This document shows, one piece after another, positions 39,503 through 50,340 of a DNA stretch of 64,000 bases. Positions within the stretch are counted from its first letter, which is position 1, and each line of letters begins with the position of its first letter. The notes under the pieces are model-generated. The model ran no database searches, had not been told where the DNA came from, and was given only the letters and a program-made list of their open reading frames with translations. Both the position numbers and the translations under genes were made by a program. Origin of the DNA: a bacterium (GTDB lineage Bacteria; Patescibacteriota; Minisyncoccia; Sungbacterales; HO2-52-23). The stretch lies in assembly GCA_030697705.1 (NCBI GenBank), contig JAUYPE010000005.1, forward strand, positions 602-64,601, written 5' to 3'.

Positions 39503-41665
39503 ATGGCGAGGAGAAAAAAGAATAGAGACAGAAGAAGGGAGCGAGGACGCGGTGCAAGGGAAGACGCCAGTATGCACCTCAACTTGGCGGTGCATCCGGA
39601 GGTGAAAAAAACGGTGCTCGCGATTTTGTTTTTTGTCGCCGCGCTTGTTTTTGCGTTAAGTTTTGTAGGGAAAGGCGGGACGGCTGGCGCAATGCTTTTT
39701 CGCGGGCTTGATTTTTTGCTCGGTCGCGGTTATTTCTTTGCGCCGTTGACCTGCTTGTTAGCAGGATTCTCACTTCTCTTTTCAGAAACGCCCAAGCTCG
39801 TGCGCGCGACGATGCTTGGGGCGCTTTTGTTTTTGCTCTCGTGCTTAAGCTTATTGCCGATTGTTTTCGGTCCTGGAACGGGCGGGGTGCTCGGCGGGCT
39901 TATTGGCGCGCCATTATTAAAGCTTTTTGATTTTTGGGTGAGTTTGATTATCGTGCTCGCCCTGCTCATAATTTCCCTACTTCTTACGCTTAATGTGCCT
40001 TTTTGGAAAGAACTTTTCGTGCGTGGGGAAGAGGAAGAAGATGAGGAAGAGGAACCGGCAACGGTCGGTGTGGCGGAGGCGGCGGCGATGGGCGTGAAGG
40101 GTGTAATGGATACTATTAAGAGTGCGCTGGAAAAAAATCAACCGGCGGCTGAAATGTCGGCGGCGGTCTTGGCGGCGAAAGAAAAAGATGACGAGGCGAC
40201 GATTGCGGTTCGCCGCGTTGCGAAAAAATTTGATTATAAAAAACCACCACTGGAATTACTCCAGAGCGATCGCGGCAAGCCGACCTCGGGTGATATCCGC
40301 GCCAATGCCAATATCATCAAGCGCACGCTGGAGAATTTCGGTATCAATGTGGAGATGGACGAGGTGAGTATCGGACCAACGCTCACGCAGTATACGCTGA
40401 AGCCAGCGGAGGGAGTGAAGCTCGCGCGCATTACGGCGCTGGGAAATGATCTTTCATTGGCGCTCGCCGCGCATCCCATACGGATAGAGGCGCCGATTCC
40501 GGGCAAGTCGCTCGTCGGTATTGAGGTGCCGAACCGCTCCATCGCGATGGTGGGGCTTCGCACGCTTCTGGAGTATCCGGCGTTTATTGACGCCACTCAG
40601 CCACTACTCATTACGCTCGGTCGCGATGTGACCGGTACGCCCGTTTTTGCCGATCTTGCAAAAATGCCCCACCTGCTCGTGAGCGGCGCGACTGGTTCGG
40701 GAAAGTCGGTGACGATTCATTCTATTATCACTTCGTTGCTCTACCACAATCCTCCCGAAATGCTCCGCTTTATTATGGTTGACCCGAAGCGCGTTGAGCT
40801 CTCGGTGTATAACGACATTCCCCATCTCCTCACGCCAGTTATTACCGATCCCAAAACAACGATTCAGGCGCTCAAATGGGCGGCAAAAGAGATGGATCGT
40901 CGTTACGGACTCCTCTCCGGTAAGAAGTGCCGCGATATCGGGGGCTATAATGCTATTGCATCCAAAGTATCAGACGAAGAAATTATTCCCTACATCATCG
41001 TGATGATTGACGAGCTCGCCGATCTCATGATGGCCTTTCCTCGTGAAATGGAATCCAGTATTATTCGCCTAGCGCAAATGGCGCGGGCGGTTGGGATTCA
41101 CCTGCTCGTTGCGACCCAGCGGCCTTCCGTGGATGTGATTACCGGCCTGATTAAGGCGAATATCACCTCGCGCATCGCTTTGCAGGTCTCCTCGCAAATC
41201 GATTCGCGCACGATTCTTGATATGGCGGGTGCGGAAAAACTGCTTGGCAACGGCGATATGCTTTTCCTTGCCGGGGACACATCCAAACCGCGCCGCATTC
41301 AGGGCGCGTATGTTTCAGAACAAGAGGTGAAGCGCGTTGTTGATTTCCTACGCGAAGAATCCGAAGCGGTTGAGTATAAAGAAGAAATTCTCACGACGAA
41401 AGTTGAGGATGAAAATAAAGGAGCGACCGGGCTCGACGATTTGAACGAAGATGATCCGCTGTATCAGGAGGCGGAGGCGCTTATCCGTGACGCAGGCAAG
41501 GCGTCTGCATCATATCTGCAGAGACGGCTCCGGGTCGGCTACGCGCGCGCGGCACGGATTCTTGACCTGCTTGAGAATAACGGCGTTATCGGTCCGGCGG
41601 ATGGCGCCAAGCCGCGCGAGGTGCTTACCCGGACGGCGGATAGCCGCGAAAACGATCTTATCTAG
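39503..41665 (+). CDS. ftsK: DNA translocase FtsK/SpoIIIE
   Basis: N-terminal TM segments; acidic linker; ATPase domain (VSGATGSGKS Walker A; HLLVATQRPSVDV); C-terminal gamma winged helix (RVGYARAARILDLLENNG). Start is ambiguous: 39503, or 39572 (MHLNL). Confidence 0.85.
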   Translation: MARRKKNRDRRRERGRGAREDASMHLNLAVHPEVKKTVLAILFFVAALVFALSFVGKGGTAGAMLFRGLDFLLGRGYFFAPLTCLLAGFSLLFSETPKLVRATMLGALLFLLSCLSLLPIVFGPGTGGVLGGLIGAPLLKLFDFWVSLIIVLALLIISLLLTLNVPFWKELFVRGEEEEDEEEEPATVGVAEAAAMGVKGVMDTIKSALEKNQPAAEMSAAVLAAKEKDDEATIAVRRVAKKFDYKKPPLELLQSDRGKPTSGDIRANANIIKRTLENFGINVEMDEVSIGPTLTQYTLKPAEGVKLARITALGNDLSLALAAHPIRIEAPIPGKSLVGIEVPNRSIAMVGLRTLLEYPAFIDATQPLLITLGRDVTGTPVFADLAKMPHLLVSGATGSGKSVTIHSIITSLLYHNPPEMLRFIMVDPKRVELSVYNDIPHLLTPVITDPKTTIQALKWAAKEMDRRYGLLSGKKCRDIGGYNAIASKVSDEEIIPYIIVMIDELADLMMAFPREMESSIIRLAQMARAVGIHLLVATQRPSVDVITGLIKANITSRIALQVSSQIDSRTILDMAGAEKLLGNGDMLFLAGDTSKPRRIQGAYVSEQEVKRVVDFLREESEAVEYKEEILTTKVEDENKGATGLDDLNEDDPLYQEAEALIRDAGKASASYLQRRLRVGYARAARILDLLENNGVIGPADGAKPREVLTRTADSRENDLI

Positions 41666-41701
41666 AAAAAATCAGTGGCGGGCGGGTAGTTTTTTGCTTT
41701 C

Positions 41702-42604
41702 ATGAATAATAATGCGCTGAAACGGACACACCGTGCTTCTTCGGTCAGTTCGGCGAAGCGGCACACTGGCGGACAGAAAGAGTTTGTCCGTGCGGCAAGC
41801 CATGTGAAGGTGCTGGGCGGGACACATGAAGAAATTGTCAGTGAGAAGGCGGGTTATCGCGCTGAAATGTCTGCCGACGGCGATTTTGCAGAAGATGTGC
41901 GACAAGCGGGTAACCGAGAGATCGTTTCTACTGATACTATGCCGGTCGATATGGCGTCAGAATCGCTCGGCGCGCTCTTGCGCACCATTCGGGAGCGACG
42001 CGGCATGAGCATTGACGAGCTTGCGCGCGAGGTGCATATTGCCGTCGCGTATGTTCGTGCGCTTGAAGAAGAGGACTATCGCGTATTTCCGGCAAAGGTA
42101 TACGCGGAAGGATTTTTGAAACGGGTGGCGCATGTGTTGATTCCCGAGGCGACGGAACAGTGCCTGGCTGTTTTGCGCGAGCATTGGGATCAAGAGATGG
42201 GGACGGGTATGAGTGCGGTTGCCACCACCCGGTCGCTCCGTGCATCGCATCGCGCACCTTTTGCCGTCACCCCGCACCGCATAGTGTTCGGCATTACGGG
42301 GATTTTTTTTGTCGGCGTGATGGTTTTCCTCGGTGTGCGGGTTGTTTCTTTTTTAAGTCCTCCACGGATTTTCTTGGAGAGTCCGCGTGAGGCGGAGACG
42401 GTATCCGTACCGCTTATCCGCGTCAAGGGACGCGTGAATCAGGAGGGGCGTTTGACAGTCAATAATCGTGAAGTTAGGATGGACGAGTCAGGAAATTTCA
42501 ATGAAGAAATTGAAGTCGGCGCAGGCACGAATACGCTTGCCTTTGTTGCGGAAAATAAGTTCGGCAGGCGGGCGGAAGTCGTGCGTCATGTGGTGGTAAA
42601 ATAA
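41702..42604 (+). CDS. RodZ-like protein (XRE-type HTH + TM + C-terminal DUF4115-like domain)
   Basis: HTH LGALLRTIRERRGMSIDELAREVHIAVAYVRALEE; single TM (IVFGITGIFFVGVMVF); C-terminal beta domain. True start probably an internal Met (~41939). Confidence 0.55.
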   Translation: MNNNALKRTHRASSVSSAKRHTGGQKEFVRAASHVKVLGGTHEEIVSEKAGYRAEMSADGDFAEDVRQAGNREIVSTDTMPVDMASESLGALLRTIRERRGMSIDELAREVHIAVAYVRALEEEDYRVFPAKVYAEGFLKRVAHVLIPEATEQCLAVLREHWDQEMGTGMSAVATTRSLRASHRAPFAVTPHRIVFGITGIFFVGVMVFLGVRVVSFLSPPRIFLESPREAETVSVPLIRVKGRVNQEGRLTVNNREVRMDESGNFNEEIEVGAGTNTLAFVAENKFGRRAEVVRHVVVK

Positions 42605-42658
42605 CGATTGGTGAAGAAAAACATTTTTTAATCAATCCATAGTGTTACTTCATTTCTT

Positions 42659-43675
42659 ATGGCAAAAGAAAAAATAAAAGACGGACGACTGGACAAGGTT
42701 AAAATGCTTGATGCGGCGATCAAGCAAATTCAAGAAAAGTACGGCGAGGGTGCAATTATGCGGCTCGGTGAGCACGACCGTGTGGATATTGATACCATCT
42801 CCACGGGTTCGTTTGCGTTAGACCACGCGCTCGGCGTTGGCGGTTTGCCACGGGGGCGCATCGTCGAACTCTTCGGACCGGAGTCAAGCGGCAAGACGAC
42901 TCTGGCGCTTCATGTCGTGCGCGAGGCACAAAAAAAAGGCGGTCTTGCGGCGTATGTAGATGCGGAGCACGCGATGGATCCCGAATACGCCAAGCATATC
43001 GGCGTGAATATTGACGAACTGCTTATCTCGCAGCCCGATACAGGCGAACAGGCGCTTGAAATCGTTGAGTCGCTGGTGCGTTCTCACGCCGTGGATGTCA
43101 TTGTTGTTGACTCCGTCGCCGCGCTCGTTCCCCGCGCGGAGATAGAAGGAGAGATGGGGCAACAGCATGTGGGACTTCAGGCGCGGCTGATGTCGCACGC
43201 GCTCCGCAAGCTCACCGCCATTGTCGCGCACTCCAATGTGATTATTATTTTCATCAACCAGCTCCGCATGCAAATTGGCATGATGTGGGGCAATCCCGAG
43301 ACGACGCCGGGAGGCAAGGCGCTGAAGTTCTACGCCTCGGTGCGCATAGACATCCGCCGCGCCGCACAAATTAAAAAAGGCGAGGAGATTATCGGCAATC
43401 GCGTAAAGGCAAAAATAGTCAAAAACAAAGTCGCCGCGCCGTTCCGTACCGCCGAGTTTGATATTTTTTACAATGTCGGCATTTCGTTTGAGGCGGAGGT
43501 TATCAATGCGGGCATCACCCACGGGCTTATTAAAAAAGCGGGTGCAAGTTTGAGTTATGATACGCTTCGCCTTGGTGTGGGCTTTGACGCCGCCAAGACC
43601 TACCTCAAAGAAAACCCGAAAGTATGCGAAGAGATCATGGAAAAGATACGAGAAAAGATGAAAGAGAGCTCATAA
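42659..43675 (+). CDS. recA: recombinase RecA
   Basis: GPESSGKTT Walker A; canonical RecA sequence throughout. Confidence 0.97.
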   Translation: MAKEKIKDGRLDKVKMLDAAIKQIQEKYGEGAIMRLGEHDRVDIDTISTGSFALDHALGVGGLPRGRIVELFGPESSGKTTLALHVVREAQKKGGLAAYVDAEHAMDPEYAKHIGVNIDELLISQPDTGEQALEIVESLVRSHAVDVIVVDSVAALVPRAEIEGEMGQQHVGLQARLMSHALRKLTAIVAHSNVIIIFINQLRMQIGMMWGNPETTPGGKALKFYASVRIDIRRAAQIKKGEEIIGNRVKAKIVKNKVAAPFRTAEFDIFYNVGISFEAEVINAGITHGLIKKAGASLSYDTLRLGVGFDAAKTYLKENPKVCEEIMEKIREKMKESS

Positions 43676-43819
43676 CGCTACTTTTTAAGACACACCCGCC
43701 GCACTCCTGCGGTGCGACGGGCTAAGGGTCGGAAGAAGTTTTGCACAGAGCGCAAGCCGAGCAACTTCTTCCTCCCATTGTCTTAAAAATCAGCGTTATT
43801 TTTTGGGAATATAAAAAGG

Positions 43820-43863
43820 AAAATAAAATGACTTTCCCTGCTTGTGGAAAGTCATTTTATTTT
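43820..43863. terminator. perfect 18-bp-stem hairpin AAAATAAAATGACTTTCC-N8-GGAAAGTCATTTTATTTT (bidirectional terminator between recA and rpsR)
   Basis: Direct reading. Confidence 0.7.
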
Positions 43864-43879
43864 GAGAGGTAATAATTTT

Positions 43880-44092
43880 CTATCGTGTGGTGAACGGTAC
43901 GAGGGCGAGAGAGCGGGCGCGTTTGATAGCGGTGGCAAGTTCGCGTTGGTGGGAGGCGCAGAGACCCGATTTCTTACGCGGGTAGATCTTGCCGCTCGCG
44001 CTCAAAAACTTACGGAGATTCTCCACATCTTTATAATTAGCGCCACTGCGGCTCGTCGTACAAAAAAAGCACTGTTTTTTATTCTCTTGCAT
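43880..44092 (-). CDS. rpsR: 30S ribosomal protein S18
   Basis: [53 protein letters not shown]. Confidence 0.9.
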   Translation of the reverse strand: MQENKKQCFFCTTSRSGANYKDVENLRKFLSASGKIYPRKKSGLCASHQRELATAIKRARSLALVPFTTR

Positions 44093-44098
44093 ATTATG

Positions 44099-44259
44099 AG
44101 ACCCACTGCTTAATAACCTTTTCTACTCCGACCGTGCTTTTTCGGCTGCAAACAACTCATCGCTCGTCGATGAATACCTTGCATTCACCTCCTCGCGTTT
44201 CATTGTTTTCGCCCGAAAAAGCATGGTCTCGCTACGAAAAATTATTAAGCAGTGGGTCT
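44099..44259. repeat. 161-nt nested-hairpin element with perfect 18-bp terminal inverted repeats (AGACCCACTGCTTAATAA / TTATTAAGCAGTGGGTCT), wedged between ssb and rpsR; paralogous to 53065-53223
   Basis: Perfect outer IR plus an inner IR (CGACCGTGCTTTTTCGG / CCGAAAAAGCATGGTCTCG). Internal sequence blocks are shared with the dnaB-upstream copy. Confidence 0.6.
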
Positions 44260-44260
44260 A

Positions 44261-44788
44261 TTAAAAAGGTATATCTTTGACATCTATTTCTTCTCCGTCT
44301 TCCGGAAGCTCAATAATGGGCGGTTCTTCCTGTCCACCGCCGTCAGCGCGTGCCGACGGTTGATTCTGATTGTTCCGGTCGCGCGATGGCGTGCTGTTAT
44401 ATCGCTCTCCGCGCATCAGCGATGCTCCTTGCTCTTGTCCTCCGCCCATTATCGCTCCCGCCGGTCGCGGACCGAATTGAAATTCATCCACGACAATTTC
44501 AGTGCGGTAGTGTTTGACACCCTGTTGATCCTGCCATGAGCGCGTTTGCAGTCGCCCCTCAATAAACATACTGCTGCCTTTTTTCATGTACTGGGCGATG
44601 ACCTCGGCCTGTCGTCCCCATGCGACCAAATTATGGAATTCCACCTGGTCGCGCTTCTGCCCGCTCGCGTCGTTGAAGGTGCGATTGGTCGCAATCCCGA
44701 ACGTGCACACCGGCTGACCGCCGGGCGTTTGGCGAATTTCCGGGTCGCGTGTAAAATTGCCGAAAAGGAATACTTTGTTGAGGTTCAT
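44261..44788 (-). CDS. ssb: single-stranded DNA-binding protein
   Basis: OB fold (MNLNKVFLFGNFTRDPEIRQTPGG...), Gly/Gln-rich linker, C-terminal DIPF. Confidence 0.9.
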   Translation of the reverse strand: MNLNKVFLFGNFTRDPEIRQTPGGQPVCTFGIATNRTFNDASGQKRDQVEFHNLVAWGRQAEVIAQYMKKGSSMFIEGRLQTRSWQDQQGVKHYRTEIVVDEFQFGPRPAGAIMGGGQEQGASLMRGERYNSTPSRDRNNQNQPSARADGGGQEEPPIIELPEDGEEIDVKDIPF

Positions 44789-44873
44789 GGGGTTAGTTTG
44801 TAGTAAGTAGTTGGTAGGGGATAGAGGATGGTATCTTCGCTTTTCCTAAAACCTATCCACTAAAATCTACTCA

Positions 44874-45344
44874 CTATTTTCCTAATATCTCTTCCAATTT
44901 TTTATCCAACGCCTCTAGATCCAACTTGTCATCCGTCTTATCCGCCTCGCGGAGTATGACCAATGTTTGCTGTTGGGTGCGCGGCGGCATGGCGGGGCGA
45001 GCGATGGCGGCGTCAAAGGGCTTCATCTGGCGCAGCTTTTGCTTGTGCTCGTCCTGTTGGATAACCATAAACCGCAAAAGCTCCGGTATGGTTTGGAGTC
45101 GCTTTTCCAAACTCGCTATCTGCATCGGTTCGCACCGGAACGCTGTCCAGCCAAAATAAGCGTTCCGCTCTTTTTTGACCCGATATGCTAAGCGATACCG
45201 CGAGGGCTGTTCCGCATGCTGGATGAGCCCTTTGACCTCCTCAATCAAGTTATTGAGCTTGTGGGTATGCCCCAGTGCCTCCTCCTCGGGTATGGAGGGG
45301 GAGAGTAGGTAGGCAAGCTCATACGACCGTGGTTCTGATTCCAT
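44874..45344 (-). CDS. rpsF: 30S ribosomal protein S6 with C-terminal extension
   Basis: YELAYLLSPSIPEEE...YRLAYRVKKERNAYF...RFMVI. Confidence 0.8.
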   Translation of the reverse strand: MESEPRSYELAYLLSPSIPEEEALGHTHKLNNLIEEVKGLIQHAEQPSRYRLAYRVKKERNAYFGWTAFRCEPMQIASLEKRLQTIPELLRFMVIQQDEHKQKLRQMKPFDAAIARPAMPPRTQQQTLVILREADKTDDKLDLEALDKKLEEILGK

Positions 45345-45508
45345 AGTCCATTGATACTACAAAAAGGAACGGCTGTCCACAAGGTTGACAGAACCGTAAT
45401 TTCTTTTTATACTCTTACTTGAGTCGTTGTTATGTTATTCCGAATAATAGAGGTGCCCTCATGTTGCCATCGGATGAATTATAATTCGGTGGCATTTTTT
45501 TGTTTTTC

Positions 45509-46609
45509 TTAAACTCTAAACTCAACGACATCGCCGTCCTGGACGATATATTCTTTACCCTCTATGCGGAGTAGGCCGAGTTCGCGGGCACGGGCGTATG
45601 AGCCGGCTTCCAGTAGTTTTTTATAATGGATAACTTCGGCGCGGATAAATTTTTCCTCAAAGTCGGAGTGAATGGTGCGTCCCGCTTGCGGTGCGGTGGA
45701 GTCGGCACGAACCGTCCACGCCCGTGTCTCGTCCTCGCCCGTCGTCAAAAAAGTAATGAGTTCGAGTGTGTCGTATGCCGTGCGAATGAGCCGGTCGAGT
45801 CCGCTTTTTTCAAGACCGATACTCGCAAGATATTCTCGCCGTTCATCGTCGCCGAGCTCCGAAAGCTCCGCTTCTATTTTTGCGGAGACGGCAATCCATG
45901 GAGCCAAACCAATTTTTTGCTGAAGTTTTTCATCGGGTTGCCAATGGTGCTGGATTTGCCGTTCACTCACATTAAAGATATAGAGGATGGGTTTTGCCGT
46001 GAGGAGATTGAGCTCGCGATCAATGGTCGTCATCGTCTCGCGTTGGGACATTGAAAAATGTTCCAGGGCGGCGCGGGCGAGTAATCCTCTTTCCAATTCT
46101 TTTTGTAAAAACTCCAGCATTACGGCTATTTCTCCAGCTCCTTTCTTCTTCGCACGGGCATCGGTATGAGCCGTTGCCAGACGCCGCGTTATCGTCTCCA
46201 GATCTTTTAGGATAAGTTCATACTCGATAACTTCAATGTCTGAAACGGGGTCGGGTGTTTCGGAGACATGGATAATATCACCGTCCTCAAAAATGCGTAC
46301 GACCTCGGCGATAGCGTCCGTTTCGCGAATGTGCGTAAGAAATTTATTGCCAAGTCCCTCACCCTCCGCCGCACCCTTGACGAGTCCGGCGATATCCACG
46401 AACTCAATGACCGCCGGAACGACTTTCTGTGAATGCGACAGTGCGGTAAGTTGAGCAAGCCGCTCGTCGGGAACGGGAACGACACCCACATTGGGCTCAA
46501 TAGTGCAGAACGGATAATTTTGGATATCAACTTTCTGGCGCGTGAGGGCGCTGAAAAGGGTTGACTTTCCCACATTCGGCAAGCCAACTATGCCTATCTT
46601 TAAAGACAT
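45509..46609 (-). CDS. ychF: ribosome-binding ATPase YchF
   Basis: [23 protein letters not shown]; TGS C-terminal domain ([13 protein letters not shown]). Confidence 0.95.
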   Translation of the reverse strand: MSLKIGIVGLPNVGKSTLFSALTRQKVDIQNYPFCTIEPNVGVVPVPDERLAQLTALSHSQKVVPAVIEFVDIAGLVKGAAEGEGLGNKFLTHIRETDAIAEVVRIFEDGDIIHVSETPDPVSDIEVIEYELILKDLETITRRLATAHTDARAKKKGAGEIAVMLEFLQKELERGLLARAALEHFSMSQRETMTTIDRELNLLTAKPILYIFNVSERQIQHHWQPDEKLQQKIGLAPWIAVSAKIEAELSELGDDERREYLASIGLEKSGLDRLIRTAYDTLELITFLTTGEDETRAWTVRADSTAPQAGRTIHSDFEEKFIRAEVIHYKKLLEAGSYARARELGLLRIEGKEYIVQDGDVVEFRV

Positions 46610-46742
46610 ATCGCGCCATGATATAACAAAAAAACACGAAGATCAATCGGTAGGCTGTTGACAAAAAAACGGGTAAGGATTACAAGTATAAGTATGTGTG
46701 TTGTCCGGAAAAAACGCGTGCGGGCAACACAAGAGGAGAGAG

Positions 46743-47531
46743 ATGATGAAGTGGATTGTTTCCGTAAGTATGGTTCTTTTTTTAGCGCTGTGGATCGCGT
46801 CTCCTGTGACTGCGGGGAGTGCCGTCACGGGATTGCCATCCCATGCGCAGATCACGGCGGCGCTTGAAAAGGCGTGTGCCAAGGGGGTTAATAACGGATC
46901 CATTTTCTCGCCGTGCGAGATGTGGGTCGGCGTGGTGCGTCTTGACGGGACAGTCGCCGTTGTCGCCAAGAACGGCCATGATCCCTGGAAGGGCAGTCGG
47001 GTCATCGCCATGCAGAAAGCGAATACCGGGCGTCTTTTCAGTAAAGATCGGGGATTAGCGCTTTCAACGGCGAACTTGTTCAGTGCCGTGCAGCCGGGAG
47101 GGAGTTTGTTCGGGTTGCAATTCAGCAACCCCATTGACACGCACACGGCGTATCGGGGACCTGCCACGCAGTATGGCACGCTAACCGACCCGGCAGTTGG
47201 TCGGCGCGTTGGAGGTGTAAATGTGTTCGGCGGAGGTCTGGCGTTGTATGATGCCAAGGGACGCATCATCGGCGGATTGGGTGTGAGTGGCGACAGTCCA
47301 TGCGCCGATCACAACATTGCGTGGCGTATCCGTCACGCGCTCGGTCTTGATCATGTCCCTGCGGGTGTTAACAAGGCCGGATACGGTGGAGCAGTGGCGC
47401 CGGTCACAGGTGATGACAACATCATCTATGGACCGGGAGGTTTTTCCCACGCTGAATGCGGATTCGGCGAAAAGACCGTTACCGATCTGCCCGCCGTCTC
47501 TCCAGTTCCGACCGCCACAGCTATGAAGTGA
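46743..47531 (+). CDS. secreted GlcG/HbpS-like (DUF336) heme-binding-fold protein
   Basis: Signal peptide; GGLGVSG motif characteristic of DUF336. Confidence 0.65.
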   Translation: MMKWIVSVSMVLFLALWIASPVTAGSAVTGLPSHAQITAALEKACAKGVNNGSIFSPCEMWVGVVRLDGTVAVVAKNGHDPWKGSRVIAMQKANTGRLFSKDRGLALSTANLFSAVQPGGSLFGLQFSNPIDTHTAYRGPATQYGTLTDPAVGRRVGGVNVFGGGLALYDAKGRIIGGLGVSGDSPCADHNIAWRIRHALGLDHVPAGVNKAGYGGAVAPVTGDDNIIYGPGGFSHAECGFGEKTVTDLPAVSPVPTATAMK

Positions 47532-47644
47532 AAAAACAACTACCCGCACGCGTTTTAACCAGACCACTTTGCATTCGTGCGGAGTGGTCGGTTCTTTTTA
47601 TAGGATTGTATCTGCAGGTGTTATAGTGATAAACTAGAAAAACT

Positions 47645-48451
47645 ATGAAAATTACCAATCTTAAAAAACTCAAACCAAAAGAGGCGATTGTCTTTGATCT
47701 TGACGGTACGGTTGCCCCGACCAAGGCGCCTATAGACGCGGAGATGGCGACGCTGATCACGCGCCTGCTTGCCGTGCAGAAGGTCGTCATTATCGGTGGC
47801 GGCAAATACGGTATTTTCAAGACCCAGTTCCTTCAGCAGTTAAAAGCTCCAAAACCTCTTCTGAAGAATCTTTTTCTCTTTCCCGCCACGGCAACCTCAT
47901 TTTATAAATATGACGCTGGCTGGAAAAATATCTACGCGCTCCATCTGACCACGGCAGAAAAAGAAAAAATCAAAACAGCGTTTCGCGATGTATTTGAAAA
48001 AACCGGTTATCACCATCCTCGAAAAGTATACGGCAAGGTAATTGAAGACCGCGGCACGCAGATTACGTTTTCGGCGCTGGGTCAGGATGTCGTCGCGGTG
48101 CTTGGGGCGAAACGGGGAGTTCCGTTGAAAGAAAAATGGTTGCATGAAAACCGCGCGGTCAAAATGAACATGGCAAGACACCTCGCCAAGCTTCTGCCGG
48201 ACTTGGAGGTGCACGCCGCAGGATTCACCTCCATCGATATAACCAAAAAAGGCATTGATAAGGCGTACGGTCTGGAACAAGTTAAAAAGCATCTGGGAGT
48301 GGAAATAAGAAGTATGCTTTTTGTGGGAGACGCAATCTTTCCCGGCGGCAACGACTACGCGGTCGTCAAAACGGGAGTGGATTATGTTCCCGTAAGCGGA
48401 CCAGCTCAAACGAAAACGATCATTCGTGCGCTCCTTGCCAAGGGGGAATAA
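47645..48451 (+). CDS. HAD-IIB hydrolase, phosphomannomutase (eukaryotic-PMM)-like
   Basis: FDLDGTV motif I; GGNDY motif IV; PMM-like cap. Confidence 0.7.
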   Translation: MKITNLKKLKPKEAIVFDLDGTVAPTKAPIDAEMATLITRLLAVQKVVIIGGGKYGIFKTQFLQQLKAPKPLLKNLFLFPATATSFYKYDAGWKNIYALHLTTAEKEKIKTAFRDVFEKTGYHHPRKVYGKVIEDRGTQITFSALGQDVVAVLGAKRGVPLKEKWLHENRAVKMNMARHLAKLLPDLEVHAAGFTSIDITKKGIDKAYGLEQVKKHLGVEIRSMLFVGDAIFPGGNDYAVVKTGVDYVPVSGPAQTKTIIRALLAKGE

Positions 48452-48813
48452 TGAAGATGAGCGAATGAGGTTATATTTGACTTTATTCACCTCTATGTTA
48501 TATTGGTCATCGTCGTGAGTATTGGTTGTTTTTGCAAGAAAGAAAAGAGGGGGTGCTCGTAATGGATACAATTCATACGACGAATAGTGTTGAAGGTGTA
48601 GAAATAGAACGCAAGTGGCGGCTGTTTCGCTTACCGCCGCGTGAAATTCTGGGAAAAGGGTATATGCGGTGCCAGGGGTACTTAATCGTGGAGTATCAAG
48701 GACCGCTTAAGCCGCTTATGACCATTTAAGTATAAGGGTTCTCAAGCATATTTTGCGGAGGAGCCCTTTTTATTTTGAGAATATTCGCGTGTGGTGTATG
48801 ATGCTTCGTATCC

Positions 48814-49899
48814 ATGAGTGTAGAATTTTTCATAATTGCCGTGGTGGTTGTAGCTGGATTCGTCGGCATTTTTTTCGTATTGGTGAAACGGACGGGGAGG
48901 CAGGAGGTCATACCGCAAAACAATGACACTCTTTTACTTTTGCAGAACCAGATAAATGAAATCGCTCGGGCGCTGGACGGGCGGATGGCGGAATCATCGC
49001 GTCTCATGCAAACACAATTTGGAACGATGCAGACCGCCATGCAGTCGCAGGTGGGAGCGAGCGCGCGAATCGTGCAGGAGGTGACGGAACGGCTGACCAA
49101 ATTAGACGAGACGAACCGGCAGGTTGTTGGTTTTGCCGATCAGCTCAAAAATTTGCAGGATATTTTGAAAAACCCCAAACAGCGAGGGATTTTAGGGGAA
49201 TATTTTTTGGAGACCTTGCTCAAAAATGTCATGCCGCCCGGGAGTTTTCAGATGCAATATGCCTTCCCCGACGGGCTCGTTGCGGACGCGGTTGTCTTCG
49301 TCAAAGAGAAAAAAATCTGCATTGATTCAAAATTTTCATTGGAAAATTATAATCGTATTCTAGTCGCCGGCGACGCTGTGGAGCGCGAGCGGTTGGAGCG
49401 GGTTTTTCGTGCTGACCTCAAAGACCGCATTGACGAAACGGCGAAATATGTAAAGCCGGATCAGGGGACGATGGATTTTGCATTTATGTTTATTCCCGCC
49501 GAGGCGATTTACTACGACCTTCTCGTCAATCAAGTCGGCGCGGTGAAGGTCAATACCCAGGACTTAATTCAGTACGCCTTTAAAGACAAGCATGTCATTA
49601 TCGTTTCGCCGACATCTTTTTTGGCATATTTGCAGACCGTTTTGCAGGGATTGCGGGCGTTGCAAATAGAGGAGTCAGCGAAAGAAATTCGCAAGAATGT
49701 GGAACAGCTCACGCGCCACATGAAAAGCTATGAGGAGTATTTTGGAAAAATTGGTACGCATCTTGGTACGACGGTTAATATGTACAACAACGCACGCAAG
49801 GAGTTCGGCAAAATTGACAAAGACATGCTCCGTATCACGGGGGAGGGAGTGGGCATGGAGCTTGAGGCTATTGAGGGTCCTGCCAACGAGGAGGGGTAG
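48814..49899 (+). CDS. rmuC: DNA recombination protein RmuC
   Basis: N-terminal TM; coiled-coil; KNPKQRGILGEYFLE; RmuC C-terminal domain. Confidence 0.85.
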   Translation: MSVEFFIIAVVVVAGFVGIFFVLVKRTGRQEVIPQNNDTLLLLQNQINEIARALDGRMAESSRLMQTQFGTMQTAMQSQVGASARIVQEVTERLTKLDETNRQVVGFADQLKNLQDILKNPKQRGILGEYFLETLLKNVMPPGSFQMQYAFPDGLVADAVVFVKEKKICIDSKFSLENYNRILVAGDAVERERLERVFRADLKDRIDETAKYVKPDQGTMDFAFMFIPAEAIYYDLLVNQVGAVKVNTQDLIQYAFKDKHVIIVSPTSFLAYLQTVLQGLRALQIEESAKEIRKNVEQLTRHMKSYEEYFGKIGTHLGTTVNMYNNARKEFGKIDKDMLRITGEGVGMELEAIEGPANEEG

Positions 49900-49955
49900 T
49901 TCCTAAAAAAAGCCATATTGCAAAAGAAAACAGTCCATGCTACCATCGAGAAACT

Positions 49956-50273
49956 ATGATACATCTCGCAGTTATTCATACGGGCGGGAAGCAATATGTT
50001 GTCTCGCCGGGGGACAAACTAAAGATAGCAAAGCTTGAGGGCGCCGAAGGGTCGGCGGTCATTTTTTCCGATGTTTTTTTGACGAGTAATGGGGAGAAAA
50101 CGGCCATCGGCACGCCAACCATTTTGGATGCACAAGTTGAGGCGACCATTCTCAAGCAAGCCCGTACGCGGAAAATGATCATCTCTAAATATCACAACAA
50201 AACGCGCTACCGCAAGCGCCAAGGACACCGCCAGCACTACACCGAGGTTGAGATTGGGAAGATAGTTGTATAA
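49956..50273 (+). CDS. rplU: 50S ribosomal protein L21 (no rpmA/L27 following)
   Basis: MIHLAVIHTGGKQYVVSPGDKLKIAKLEG... Confidence 0.9.
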   Translation: MIHLAVIHTGGKQYVVSPGDKLKIAKLEGAEGSAVIFSDVFLTSNGEKTAIGTPTILDAQVEATILKQARTRKMIISKYHNKTRYRKRQGHRQHYTEVEIGKIVV

Positions 50274-50277
50274 AAGG

Positions 50278-50303
50278 AGCCCACCTGTGGAGAGGTGGGC
50301 TCT
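50278..50303 (+). terminator. hairpin GAGCCCACCT-GTGGAG-AGGTGGGCTC after rplU
   Basis: 10-bp stem; weak U-tail. Confidence 0.5.
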
Positions 50304-50340
50304 TGGTGGAAGGCGAGCTTGGTGTTAGCAGGTAATATAG

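Noticed and set aside
48526-48729. 67-aa ORF upstream of rmuC
   Set aside because: No RBS or motifs; likely spurious within the rmuC promoter region.
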